Source: Candidatus Latescibacterota bacterium
Lineage (GTDB): Bacteria; Latescibacterota; UBA2968; SICM01
DNA: 64,000 bases
Direction: 5' to 3'
NCBI GenBank assembly: GCA_965217865.1
Contig: CBDCJO010000002.1
Location: forward strand, 1,344,001 to 1,408,000
Shown: positions 10,336-20,277 of the stretch, in pieces
Layout: the number at the start of each line of letters is the position of its first letter
Position numbering within the stretch: position 1 is the first letter of the stretch
Position numbers and translations under genes: made by a program
The notes under the pieces: model-generated
Database searches by the model: none
Told to the model about the DNA's origin: nothing
What the model saw: only the letters and a program-made list of their open reading frames with translations

Positions 10336-11390
10336 AGTTGCCTGTACGCCGCCCCTGCACTGATCGCAAATCCTGTATTCCAGTCCAGGGTGGGGCGCTG
10401 ATCAAGCGGAAGGGATTGCGTATCCGCGCACGCAAACGAGTCGATAAACGCCACCGAAAAGCGATCCATCTCTTTCCAACACAGACTGATCTCTTCAACA
10501 ATCCTGGGGTCGCCCGAGAGCAGGACACGCCTGGACCGTGATCCACCTTCATTGCGTCGTTCCGGGACCAGTCCGAATGCGATTCGTCGTCCAAGGGTTC
10601 TGGCTGAGGCCTCAACGGTGCCTCCCTCGACCGGGTCCTTCCTGTCCTCGCTTTCCCCTTGCCGCAATTTCCACCCCCCTTGATCCAACCGGATCATTTC
10701 AACCCCGACCAAATCCGCACCGGAAACAGAAATGCACGTTGCCCACCGATCCCCGATGTGAACGGCAATCGTGGACATGGGGTGACTGCCCTCAAGCTGA
10801 TCGCCTCCCGCAGATGAAGGGGATGTCGGATTCGCTTCGCGTTTTCCGATAGCGTCCCCCCCCGGCTGAAGGTTCCCATTCGACGTCATCATACACGCAT
10901 AAAACAGAGTCAACGCATCGACTTCGAGGGATTTAATTCCAATATCAGCGGAATCGCAGACCTGACGAATGACCTCCACGACCCGTGTGCGAATGGCGAC
11001 AAGGAATGCCGTCCTCCCGAAAGGGTGATAATCGATCTTGAAATCACCCGGGGAATCCAGGAGATGCTGACCCGCTTCCCACATAACCTGTTCCCGTCTT
11101 TCATCCTCGGACGCCAATTCAAGAGGAATTCTCTTGATCACCGCGAAGTCTCCGCCCAGGGAGATTGAAACAGATTGGGGGTCAATGTCCGAACTTTCAA
11201 ACAACGCCTTCAGGGCTGCTCTGCTCTTCGACTGGGTTTCCTCATTCAGGAGCGCTTCGGCGCTCAGTTCTACGGGTAGGGGGGCCATCCCAATTCGCCA
11301 AAGCCGAATCAGTTCCTCGTCGCATCGAACCTCTACGGCGGTCAGGTTTCGCTCCCCAATGTGTAACCCGACTGATTTTGAGTTTTTCAT
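10326..11390 (-). CDS. PilM-like actin-fold pilus assembly protein
   Basis: N-terminal VGLHIG..LTAVE, WEAGQH..DFKIDY, VLLSGD and AISAGAA pattern of the PilM family; divergent. Confidence 0.6.
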   Translation of the reverse strand: MKNSKSVGLHIGERNLTAVEVRCDEELIRLWRIGMAPLPVELSAEALLNEETQSKSRAALKALFESSDIDPQSVSISLGGDFAVIKRIPLELASEDERREQVMWEAGQHLLDSPGDFKIDYHPFGRTAFLVAIRTRVVEVIRQVCDSADIGIKSLEVDALTLFYACMMTSNGNLQPGGDAIGKREANPTSPSSAGGDQLEGSHPMSTIAVHIGDRWATCISVSGADLVGVEMIRLDQGGWKLRQGESEDRKDPVEGGTVEASARTLGRRIAFGLVPERRNEGGSRSRRVLLSGDPRIVEEISLCWKEMDRFSVAFIDSFACADTQSLPLDQRPTLDWNTGFAISAGAAYRQLCV

Positions 11391-11466
11391 GGCATTCGGC
11401 CGAACCCCATCCGAGACGGAGCCATGGGGAAGGATTAAAGATCCAGGTGTGGGTTCCCAGGGTCAT

Positions 11467-11886
11467 TCATCTTCTTTTCTCAACCCTTACGAAAGGCTTT
11501 AGTTTCTCCAGGGTCTTCTTCCCGATTCCCTTCACCTTTTCGAGTTCTTCAACGCGATCGAAGGGGCCGTTCTTCAGTCTGAATTCCACAATTCGTCCCG
11601 CAAGATGTGGACCGATCCCTGGAAGGCGCTCAAAATCCTCGGCAGAGGCGATGTTGAGTTCGATCGGGCTCCCCCCCGTGCGGCCCGAATCCGGGGTGGC
11701 GCCCTTCGTGTCGCCCCGCCCACGTCCCGCCGATTCTACATCCGGTGGGCTCACGGCATCTTTGACGACCCCGAAATCCTCTATACGATCCGGGTAGCGG
11801 TTCTTCAGGTAAGAGACAGCGGCTCCAACGCCCAGAGTCCCACACAGGATCAATACGATGATCTGTTCTTTACGATTTAAAAACAT
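11467..11886 (-). CDS. comEA: ComEA family helix-hairpin-helix DNA-binding protein
   Basis: N-terminal TM segment; LNIASAEDFERLPGIGP..LAGRI and VKGIGKK tandem HhH motifs. Confidence 0.85.
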   Translation of the reverse strand: MFLNRKEQIIVLILCGTLGVGAAVSYLKNRYPDRIEDFGVVKDAVSPPDVESAGRGRGDTKGATPDSGRTGGSPIELNIASAEDFERLPGIGPHLAGRIVEFRLKNGPFDRVEELEKVKGIGKKTLEKLKPFVRVEKRR

Positions 11887-11977
11887 ACCGTCATATCCCC
11901 TCGACAGACACGATATCCCGGCCAGTCAATCACTACCCCTTGGCCATCAATCTTCAATCTTCAATTATCTTCAATCT

Positions 11978-14900
11978 TCAATTGAACACGATATCCCCCT
12001 TAAAACCGAAATCCCAGACCTTCCGCGTTTGCTGTCGCAATTTGTCTTCCTGATTTTCGTGCCGGAGACGCATAGAGCCGGTGAAATTCTGGTTGAATCG
12101 GTAACTGGAGCTCAGACCGATGCTCCATTGATTGTCATCCTGCTGAACCGAAAACTTTTCGGATCCGGGAGGTGTCCGTTTGTTGAGGTTGGATCGCTGT
12201 GAGAATTCAAGCGTCAAATCGATGTTGCTCTTGAGGTTAAAGCGTTTCAGCAGACCTGCAGTTGGGCTGAAAGAGTACCGAAGGCTGGCTGTCATGTTGC
12301 GACCCTCTAACTGGGAGTTGCCCAAGACGGCTCGTACGGTGTCTCCCTCATTCGATTGAAAATCTACCTCCCTGGAAATTCGATCCGTTCGCTGGATGTT
12401 CATGTTGACCCGACCTTTCCACTGAAGATTCAAGGCGAACGGTTTAAAGTTCGTTTCCTCCTGGCGCTTCAAAACATTCCGGGGGCCGGTCCCACCTTCC
12501 CCTCGCCTGGTTTTATTCCGCTCGTAGCTCGCATCGGCGCTGGCGCTGGTGAAGATCCACCTCACCACCGGCATCCGGCCCAATGCCCCCCACGACGCAT
12601 TAACCGAAGGGAAGCGAGTCGTGATGTTGTGCAACTCGGGGCTGTTTGCTGAGTTGCCCGTACGTTTCTCCCGGGTATATTCATACCGGGAATTGACGCT
12701 CATTCCAAACGGCAGATTGACCCCCCCATCGCTCCTCATCTGATCGGTCGTGGAAAAAGCATCTATCCGCGTGACCCCTCGCGCCTCGGTTCGATCGACA
12801 TCGGTCGTGTCTGAAAAACCCAGTTGGTAGATGAGTCCCGGCCGACCCACCAGCCCGAAGAGGTTTGCCGTCTTTTTTCGGGAAGCCTGAAGCGAGACGT
12901 TCCTGAGGTTGCCCCCCATCTGACCAATCCAGCCGAGCACCGGGAATCCGCCTCCCCCCCGATCCTTTGACCGGTTGTTCGAAAGACCGGTTTTTGAATA
13001 ATACCGTCGACTGGACTTGCTCAGCTTTCGGAAAAGCGATGGCAGGTTCAGGTTGTAGCGAGCGCTGAGCTGGGAGTTCGTGTTGGCATCGCGGCCTCGT
13101 CGGCCCTGCACGCCCCGGGAAAATCCCGCCCCCCGGGGATCGTTGCTCTCGGCATATCGCGCATTGTAGGAGTAGCTCTGGTTAAACCACTTGATCTGGG
13201 TGATCGACAGGGATATGTCGGCGTTCTGTGTTCTGCCGACCTCCTTCCCGAATTGAAGGCCCTCCGGTTTGAACGCCCCCTGGAGATCCCGACGGATGCC
13301 GAGATTGTAACCGGTGGAGAGACTCCGGAAAGGGTTGAGCTTGGCCGTATAGGTCTCGCTCATATCGAAAGTCTCGGAGTTCGTGATGATCTGATTCGTG
13401 GTGTCCTTGCCCACGGCAGAGAAGGAGTTGGAATTACTGATATTCTGGTTGACGGTTGCGGAGTAACGGAGGACATTCGGAAGGTATTTGAATTCCAGCT
13501 TCTTGAGAGACTTCAGGGGCATCCAAGCCATGGGTCGGAAGGAACGCGGCTTTTTTGGTGCCAGGTTGTAATCGAACGAACCGCTGATGGACCGGTTATC
13601 CCCGTGTCTCCTCTGCGTAACGGCACCGCTCCGGCGGTCCTGTGTGTTGATCGACATCCGGCTCGTGACCCGGTCGAAGAAGAGGCGGGAGAGCAGACGG
13701 GGATTCTCCCTCGCCGGCTGTTTTCGGAAGGAGATACTCGTCTGCATACGGGATGAAATATCTGATTCATCCCTACGCTGTTCGGTGGTCAGGACGATGT
13801 CGGACCCCCTTCGGATGCGCGGCGTTTGGGTATTTCGATCGATCGATAAGGAGAAAGGCACGTTCAGTCCCCAGGAGGTCGGGAAAAAGCGTTCCAGATT
13901 GAACGTGTTCGACAGGGATACAGCGGTCTTGGCAACCCCGGTAGCTCGGGAGCGGAGATCCTGAAAGTCCCCGCCCTGATGTGAAAGGCCCAACCTCATA
14001 CGTCCGAAATCGGAAAGCTGCATGTCCACGTCAAGGTCCCCGGAGAAGGCACGCCTTTTCCGAATGTTGTCGACCCGCAGTTCGTCCACCCAGATTTCGT
14101 TCTGTCCGTTGCTGCCCGAAATGACCGTCTCTCCGCCGTTCCGAATCCCGATCGTAAAGGTTCGGATTCCCGAGAAGGCTGGGTTTCCCCGAACAATGTA
14201 GGTTTTTCGATTTGCTCCCAGGCCGACGGCCGCTTCCACTTCGTTCAATTCAGGTCGGTAGGTGAAATCGGACACCCCGGGAGGGACATCGCTCGAATCG
14301 ACCGCGACCGACCCCGCACTGTCCCTGGGCGCCGACCGGAGCCCAAACAGAACTCCCTTGATCTGTGACATCAGGGTCATGCTCACGTCGACTTCGTTCA
14401 GGGGATCCCAACCTTGATAGACCCGGGTTCGGTATTCGTAAAAATTGGACGTGTCCTGGGACCCCGTAGAAAACCTGAGGAACAGTTCGATCGGGCTCGG
14501 TCCGTTAAGGGTGTCCAAGGAAGCCGGAAACGTCAGAAAATTCGCGTTATTGTTCGGGTCCCCGTTTCCCCCGTGGACGTACATCTGCATCCTGGAGTAA
14601 TCAGTGTAGGTTTCCCCGGACGGGAAGACGCGGGTCGTCGAAACACCCTCCCCGAGGTGCAGCGCTCCGAACTGAAGGGCGAGTGAGGTTTCCGGAACCT
14701 TGATGCTGGGATTATCCACGTTTCGCTCCAGCTCCAATCCCGGCGGAGGATCGTAGAAAGCATCTCGTGCGGTATTTCGGGATGTGACCTTGATCGGATC
14801 CGAGCTCTGGGACTCGGAGAGCGGATTCTCCTGCCAGTCCGTGAGCGTGGCATAGACCTGGTAGATCTCCACTGTCGTCGTATCATCGTGTTCGACCCAG

Positions 14901-17900
14901 ATCCGGGCGAAGTCGATGGCAGTCGAAAGGTTGGGTTCCGGGCTGCCCACCTTTGTTCGGAAACGATCGTCCCGTAAGGGGATCCGGATAAGACGCCAGG
15001 GCCTGAGAGAGCCGTCCGATTCGGTCCCTTCCGCACGAAGCCCTTCCTCGAAATCGCTCGATAGATCAACCGAATATCGCCAGAAATCATTCCGCGTGTC
15101 CAGGATGCTGTTCCCGTTGATGTCCTCCGTGTCCGGAATCCCCGCCCGCTCCCCGTCTCGCAAACCGTTCCCCTCCAGCCCATTGATCCTTTCGTAGTCC
15201 GTACTCCGGCTCTCGTAAAACCAGTTGTCCCCGGATGGGTCGTCGGGTGTATCCAGGTCCGGGAAGGCCTCGGAGAACCTGGCCTGCTCTTCCGCATCGG
15301 TCATACCGTCCAGACCAATATCCTCTGACTCAGCCAGGATGTTGTCCCCGGTGGGAAATCCTTCAATCGGTATATCTTCGGTGTTGAGCCTCCCGTTGGG
15401 GCCTTCATCGAAAGGAAGCGTGAGGTCCTCAGAAATTTCCCCGATCTCCACGTTGAGCAGACCTTCATTCCCTCGCACCCAGATCTCGAGGAACTTGGAC
15501 CTCGAGAGGTCAAGCCCCCCCCGGGTGGACGTCTGGATGCCCCCCCACGACCTCCTGGGTTCGCCATCTTCCCATTGGGGCTCGTAACCCCTCGGTAGAT
15601 CTTCCAAAAATCCCGTCCGGCTCGGGGAGAATTTCAGGACCAGGATGTCGTCGATGTTCTGTTCGACCGTTATGTTTTCGGCACGATGCGGCTGAATATC
15701 GGTTATACGGACCCTCTCGAAGGGGTTATACCACACCAGTCTGGCCGGCGGGAGGTCTTTCCCAGGGTCGGAAGCCGTTGTCCAGGCCGCCCGGAAGATA
15801 GAAAGGGGAATGGTGTTGGCGCTCCCCTCGAAGTCGTCGATGTAGGCGGCCCCTCTTGTGTTGGGGTTCGGAAGGCTCTGGGCGATTTCGGTGTTGATCC
15901 GGAGTGCCGACGGGGTGTGGGCTTCAACGAGGGGTAAGCTGTTCACCAGGTCCGTCAGAAACTGCGGTCGGAACTCGAGCCTTGCGTTGGCATCCAGCAC
16001 CATGCTGCGGGAAGGCTCCTGTCCGACGCGCACCCGGCGGGAGGGGGTTGTCTGGTTGCTGTAGAGAAAAGTCAACCCCAGATAAGACTGCCCCTCCCCA
16101 CCCGATAGTTTGTGCTCCGCGCGAAAACCCAACAGACTCTTTTTCTGAGCCGCGAATCCAAACAGCGATTGGGAATCCCAGGAGATATCCAGGCTCGCGG
16201 AGGGGTTTGAGACCTCCGTGGCGACGGCCGGCTGGAAAGAGAGAGACCCGGTGACATAGTCTACCGTGTAATCCTGGAACCGCTTGAGAAGCCGTCCGTT
16301 CAACCGAACCTGCTCGCTGTTCGGGATCACGTCTCCAAAACCCAGGTTGAACTGGGTTTGCCTGCTCTGCGATTGGACCTCGAGAGAATACTGACTTTTT
16401 TCAGACCGGGTCGTTGGGTTCACCTCATCGTAGATCTCAGGGACCCGATTCTCCAGTTCGGGGCTCCCCACTCCCCGATCCCCGAACGGTTCGAGAAAAG
16501 GAAAAATCAGCTCCCCCCGAAGCAGGTCGACGATGTCCTCATCCAGGTCGATCAGGTTATCCGGCGGCGAGGAGGCGGTCTGTCCGTGCCGATCGATGCC
16601 CAGGATCTGAAGATAGGACTTGCCGTTCTGATGGTCCAGGGGCTCTTGCCCGGCCACGTCCCGGAATACTTTGATCGAGAAACCCGCCCGTTCCACATTC
16701 CTGCCCCCCAGGCTATAGACATTCTTCCACATCAGCCTCCACGTGGGAAAGGCGTTGGGATTGGCCGGAGTGGGGGGGCGCTGATTTCGGGCTTTGATAA
16801 GCTTAAACAGGGCGGCTTTGTCCCCCTGCACGACGAAGTTGACGTCGCCGAAGGTCTCACGGCCTTGGGTCTTATAAGCCACCCCGAGGGCCCAGAAGTC
16901 GCTGATCCGCTGTTTTAAGATGATATATCCATTCTGGAAAGCCTGAAACTCAGTCCGGTCGAGCTTGTGAAAAAGACCCGACTCCCGTCCACCCGTCTGG
17001 CCCGAGGTTTGGAGGGTATCTGCGGGGAAATTTTTCTGAGCATACGCATTGGCCACAGCCGAGATGGCTCGCCGCTCGATGTCGTTTCTCGGGTTGAAAT
17101 CATTGACGAAAACCTCTACGGATTCGTCGATGACGAGATCTCCGGGCGAAATCGTGCCCGATTGAAAAGCATCGCGGTAGGTATCATCCAGGAAGAAATA
17201 GGTGTTTTGGATATACTGGAAGTCCCGAATCCGATTAGAGCTCTCCTGAGACTGACCCCGGAATGTCTTCCGATTGGCCGAGCCCTTATCCTGACTCGTG
17301 ATGACCGTGAAGTCCAGCCCGCCTAGGGTCCCTTTCCCCCGAATTCCAAAGAGGCCCCCACGACCCTGGGAAAAACCCACGAGCCGGGTTCCAGGAAGGG
17401 AAAGTTGGGTGTTACCCGCTTCGATTTCCTGAATGATCGCGTCCTCCGGTCCTTTGTAAGAGAGCCTGAGTGAAGAAGCCAGGTCGTTGGGATTTCTGCT
17501 GTCCTGCTCCAGGTCTATCGTAATCCGGTCTCCGATCTGTCCTCGGACCTTGAACTCCGACTCCTGTTCGAAGTTGATCGTCGGAAATCGGGACCTCTGG
17601 TTTGCGACGGACTGGACCTGACCCACGATGTAGTCGCTCCTGCCCGAAAAGATGATCGACCTCCTGCCCGTAATCTCGATCTGCGTCGCCCCTTCACCCG
17701 TGATTGCGCTCAAGCCCTTTGGAATCGAGACGGGGATCGTGACATTCAGCAGGCCCCCGGTCTGTCCGGTCAGGTCCGCTTCATGTTTAACGAAGTAATC
17801 CACGAAAGCTTCTTTTCGATTCTCTTTCAACTTCACGGTAATAAAATCACCCATATCGATCATGATGGGCAGGCCGTAGCGTTCACCCGCAAGGGTTGAG

Positions 17901-18148
17901 TATAACAGGAGCTTTCGGGGTTTCGTGCCGAATACAGACCCGTCCCTGCGGATCGGATTGAATCGCCGGTTGAAAAGTCCAGCCGAAGAAATCGAAAGGG
18001 AATAGCCGGGCTTCGAGGCCGGGGTCAAGAAATCGGCCAGGGGGTCTCCGCCTTCTTGATGGATCGCTGCCGAACCCTCTGAAGGGACGAAGCTGTGACC
18101 GATGGCCAAAAGAAAACAGAGTGAATAGAGGCGTGTGGGGGCCGACAT
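11978..18148 (-). CDS. sprA: SprA (type IX secretion translocon) homologue
   Basis: About 2050 aa with a signal peptide. Motifs include YKGPEDAIIQEIEAGN..LSLP, GLFGI, MWKNVYSLG, VRLNGRLLKR..DYTVDY, AYIDDFEGS, PDTEDINGN and WVDELRV, with a C-terminal aromatic beta strand. Start set at MSAPT (RBS AAGGGG). Confidence 0.88.
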   Translation of the reverse strand: MSAPTRLYSLCFLLAIGHSFVPSEGSAAIHQEGGDPLADFLTPASKPGYSLSISSAGLFNRRFNPIRRDGSVFGTKPRKLLLYSTLAGERYGLPIMIDMGDFITVKLKENRKEAFVDYFVKHEADLTGQTGGLLNVTIPVSIPKGLSAITGEGATQIEITGRRSIIFSGRSDYIVGQVQSVANQRSRFPTINFEQESEFKVRGQIGDRITIDLEQDSRNPNDLASSLRLSYKGPEDAIIQEIEAGNTQLSLPGTRLVGFSQGRGGLFGIRGKGTLGGLDFTVITSQDKGSANRKTFRGQSQESSNRIRDFQYIQNTYFFLDDTYRDAFQSGTISPGDLVIDESVEVFVNDFNPRNDIERRAISAVANAYAQKNFPADTLQTSGQTGGRESGLFHKLDRTEFQAFQNGYIILKQRISDFWALGVAYKTQGRETFGDVNFVVQGDKAALFKLIKARNQRPPTPANPNAFPTWRLMWKNVYSLGGRNVERAGFSIKVFRDVAGQEPLDHQNGKSYLQILGIDRHGQTASSPPDNLIDLDEDIVDLLRGELIFPFLEPFGDRGVGSPELENRVPEIYDEVNPTTRSEKSQYSLEVQSQSRQTQFNLGFGDVIPNSEQVRLNGRLLKRFQDYTVDYVTGSLSFQPAVATEVSNPSASLDISWDSQSLFGFAAQKKSLLGFRAEHKLSGGEGQSYLGLTFLYSNQTTPSRRVRVGQEPSRSMVLDANARLEFRPQFLTDLVNSLPLVEAHTPSALRINTEIAQSLPNPNTRGAAYIDDFEGSANTIPLSIFRAAWTTASDPGKDLPPARLVWYNPFERVRITDIQPHRAENITVEQNIDDILVLKFSPSRTGFLEDLPRGYEPQWEDGEPRRSWGGIQTSTRGGLDLSRSKFLEIWVRGNEGLLNVEIGEISEDLTLPFDEGPNGRLNTEDIPIEGFPTGDNILAESEDIGLDGMTDAEEQARFSEAFPDLDTPDDPSGDNWFYESRSTDYERINGLEGNGLRDGERAGIPDTEDINGNSILDTRNDFWRYSVDLSSDFEEGLRAEGTESDGSLRPWRLIRIPLRDDRFRTKVGSPEPNLSTAIDFARIWVEHDDTTTVEIYQVYATLTDWQENPLSESQSSDPIKVTSRNTARDAFYDPPPGLELERNVDNPSIKVPETSLALQFGALHLGEGVSTTRVFPSGETYTDYSRMQMYVHGGNGDPNNNANFLTFPASLDTLNGPSPIELFLRFSTGSQDTSNFYEYRTRVYQGWDPLNEVDVSMTLMSQIKGVLFGLRSAPRDSAGSVAVDSSDVPPGVSDFTYRPELNEVEAAVGLGANRKTYIVRGNPAFSGIRTFTIGIRNGGETVISGSNGQNEIWVDELRVDNIRKRRAFSGDLDVDMQLSDFGRMRLGLSHQGGDFQDLRSRATGVAKTAVSLSNTFNLERFFPTSWGLNVPFSLSIDRNTQTPRIRRGSDIVLTTEQRRDESDISSRMQTSISFRKQPARENPRLLSRLFFDRVTSRMSINTQDRRSGAVTQRRHGDNRSISGSFDYNLAPKKPRSFRPMAWMPLKSLKKLEFKYLPNVLRYSATVNQNISNSNSFSAVGKDTTNQIITNSETFDMSETYTAKLNPFRSLSTGYNLGIRRDLQGAFKPEGLQFGKEVGRTQNADISLSITQIKWFNQSYSYNARYAESNDPRGAGFSRGVQGRRGRDANTNSQLSARYNLNLPSLFRKLSKSSRRYYSKTGLSNNRSKDRGGGGFPVLGWIGQMGGNLRNVSLQASRKKTANLFGLVGRPGLIYQLGFSDTTDVDRTEARGVTRIDAFSTTDQMRSDGGVNLPFGMSVNSRYEYTREKRTGNSANSPELHNITTRFPSVNASWGALGRMPVVRWIFTSASADASYERNKTRRGEGGTGPRNVLKRQEETNFKPFALNLQWKGRVNMNIQRTDRISREVDFQSNEGDTVRAVLGNSQLEGRNMTASLRYSFSPTAGLLKRFNLKSNIDLTLEFSQRSNLNKRTPPGSEKFSVQQDDNQWSIGLSSSYRFNQNFTGSMRLRHENQEDKLRQQTRKVWDFGFKGDIVFN

Positions 18149-18204
18149 GAAAAACCCCTTTGCGCAGTACGTCACTTTGAACATGGAATCGAGGGTAATC
18201 CTAG

Positions 18205-19731
18205 CAGCCTGTTGAAAAAGTGCGTTTATGCCAAGATGACTGTTGTCTTTCCTTGTGGTTTGGTCCTATGATATATCAGGTTCAAACTGAGAAGGGAGGA
18301 CGAGCAAATGGCAATGGGAAAACGAGGACGACAGAGACAGGAAAACCTGTTCATCGCATCGAACACTTTGGTGAAATCTCCGGGTCATCCGTTCTACGAG
18401 AAGCTGAATCAGGTATTGGGGGCGAACGGCTTCGACGAGTTCGTCGAGGGGCTTTGCCAGCGGTATTACGCTCCTCATATGGGTCGCAAGGGCATTCCGC
18501 CCGGGGTTTATTTTCGGATGCTTTTGATTGGGTATTTCGAGGGACTTGATTCGGAACGTGGGATCGAATGGCGTGTATCTGACTCGCTGACGTTGCGCCG
18601 GTTTTTGGGGTATGCCCTTGACGAACAGACCCCGGATCATTCCAGCCTGTCTCGCATCCGGCATCGGCTTCCCTTGGAAGTTCACGAAGCGGTTTTCAAG
18701 TGGATCCTGAGGGTCTTGTGCAAAGCGGGTCTGGTGAAGGGGAAGACGTTGGGCGTGGATGCTACGACACTGGAGGCCAACGCCGCGATGCGCAGCATTG
18801 TACGCCGTGACACGGGTGAAGGCTACCAGGCATTCCTTGAGAATCTGGCCAAGGCCTCGGGCATTGAAACGCCTACCCGCGAGGACTTGTCCAAGATCGA
18901 TAAGAAGCGACCGAAGAAGGGATCGAACCAGGACTGGGAGCACCCGCACGACCCGGATGCCAAGATCGCTAAGATGAAGGACGGTCGCACGCACATGGCG
19001 CACAAGGTGGAGCACGCGGTGGATCTGGACACCAATGCCATTGTGGCAGTGGCGTTGTCGGGAGCAGATGAAGGAGATACCGAGTCGTTGTCCTGGACGC
19101 TGCTCGAGGCGCAGCTCAATCTCAAGCAGGTCGCGAAGGACGAAAAAGCTGCCAAACGTTTGCACAGACAGCGTATACGGGAGGTGGTTGCGGACAAAGG
19201 ATATCATAGCAACGATGTATTGACCAGTCTGAAGCAAGGCGGCATCCGGAGTTACATTTCAGAACCGGATCGGGGACGCCGCAAGTGGAACGGCCGACGA
19301 GATGAGCAGGCCGCGGTATATGCGAATCGACGCCGGATCAAGGGAGATCGCGGCAAGGCCTTGCGCCGAAGTCGTGCAGAACGGGTGGAAAGAACCATCG
19401 CTCACACATATGATACCGGTGGCATGCGCAGGTTGCACTTGAGAGACCGCGGCAATATCCTCAAGCGTTTGCTGATCCACATCGGGGGCTGCAACCTGGC
19501 TCTGCTCATGCGCAAAGTGATGGGCGTAGGTACTCCGAAGGCCCTCCAGGACCTGGCCAAGGCCTTGCAGCGTCTACTGCTCGTCCTACAATCACGCTTT
19601 GCTGCCCTCGGTCACCTTTTTAACCTCTTATCAGCGTCTCCTGCTCAATCTCCTTACCTTGATTTATCCGACCCGCACTCCAGGCGTCTTTTCCGTTTAT
19701 GTGTGTTGAAAGGTAGTTCTTCAACGGGCTG
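18205..19731 (+). mobile_element. IS1182/IS5-like insertion sequence, copy 1 (1527 bp)
   Basis: TIRs CAGCCTGTTGAA / TTCAACGGGCTG; CTAG on both sides (18201-18204, 19732-19735); near-identical copies at 33851 and 43917. Confidence 0.92.
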
Positions 19732-19735
19732 CTAG
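18308..19735 (+). CDS. DDE transposase (DUF772-type N-terminus)
   Basis: GRKGIPP, SERGI, PDHSSLSR, GVDATT, VADKGY, RVERTIAH. Confidence 0.9.
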   Translation: MAMGKRGRQRQENLFIASNTLVKSPGHPFYEKLNQVLGANGFDEFVEGLCQRYYAPHMGRKGIPPGVYFRMLLIGYFEGLDSERGIEWRVSDSLTLRRFLGYALDEQTPDHSSLSRIRHRLPLEVHEAVFKWILRVLCKAGLVKGKTLGVDATTLEANAAMRSIVRRDTGEGYQAFLENLAKASGIETPTREDLSKIDKKRPKKGSNQDWEHPHDPDAKIAKMKDGRTHMAHKVEHAVDLDTNAIVAVALSGADEGDTESLSWTLLEAQLNLKQVAKDEKAAKRLHRQRIREVVADKGYHSNDVLTSLKQGGIRSYISEPDRGRRKWNGRRDEQAAVYANRRRIKGDRGKALRRSRAERVERTIAHTYDTGGMRRLHLRDRGNILKRLLIHIGGCNLALLMRKVMGVGTPKALQDLAKALQRLLLVLQSRFAALGHLFNLLSASPAQSPYLDLSDPHSRRLFRLCVLKGSSSTGC

Positions 19736-19931
19736 TGTCGTGTCCCAGAAGTTCCTTACAAAAGAAAGTCTCCAAAAACGTAGCGGTGGCTGTCATTTTG
19801 ATCGAGAGCGAGCGAGCGAAGAACGCACCAACTGTCTGATAGTTCGGGACATAGAGATCCTTCGCTCCGTTCAGGGTTTACAGACCGCTATCCGAGAAAT
19901 TATTGAAGGAATTTCCGGGACACGACACTAG
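19732..19931. mobile_element. MITE (~200 bp) with 26-bp imperfect TIRs
   Basis: CTAGTGTCGTGTCCCAGAAGTTCCTT ... AAGGAATTTCCGGGACACGACACTAG; GGTAATC direct repeat at 18194-18200 and 19932-19938. Confidence 0.8.
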
Positions 19932-20166
19932 GGTAATCTTAAAAAAAGCGACCGTCCATTCGGGCAGACTTTGGGATTTCTGAACCCGGTAAAAACCGGG
20001 CCGTGATGCAGCCAAGATCGTACGGACCATGGGGGAGAAGAAAGGGAGGGCAGGGTGCGTGAGGATTCTAATCAGAGGAAGGTTTGAATGTCTTCAAGTC
20101 GAAACGATGATGTATAGACCGGCCCCTTCCCGCTTCCCCTTCGGAAGAATGTCTCAACTGATTATT

Positions 20167-20204
20167 TATCATATATGATACGATTATTGCTGGCTTGGAG
20201 TCAA
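20167..20204 (-). promoter_or_regulatory. Putative sigma70 promoter facing sprA with an overlapping palindromic operator
   Basis: Minus-strand TTGACT-N18-TATCAT; perfect 14-bp palindrome TATCATATATGATA at 20167-20180. Confidence 0.5.
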
Positions 20205-20277
20205 GTGAAAAGTGGGGACCGCGAATTTCCGTTTCAGGCCATCCAATGCCTGCGATCGCAGCTCAAAGGGTCAACCC

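Noticed and set aside
18266-19237. 323-aa antisense ORF (also at 34345 and 43978) and the 109-aa ORF at 18220
   Set aside because: Shadow frames of the transposase, repeated only because the IS is repeated
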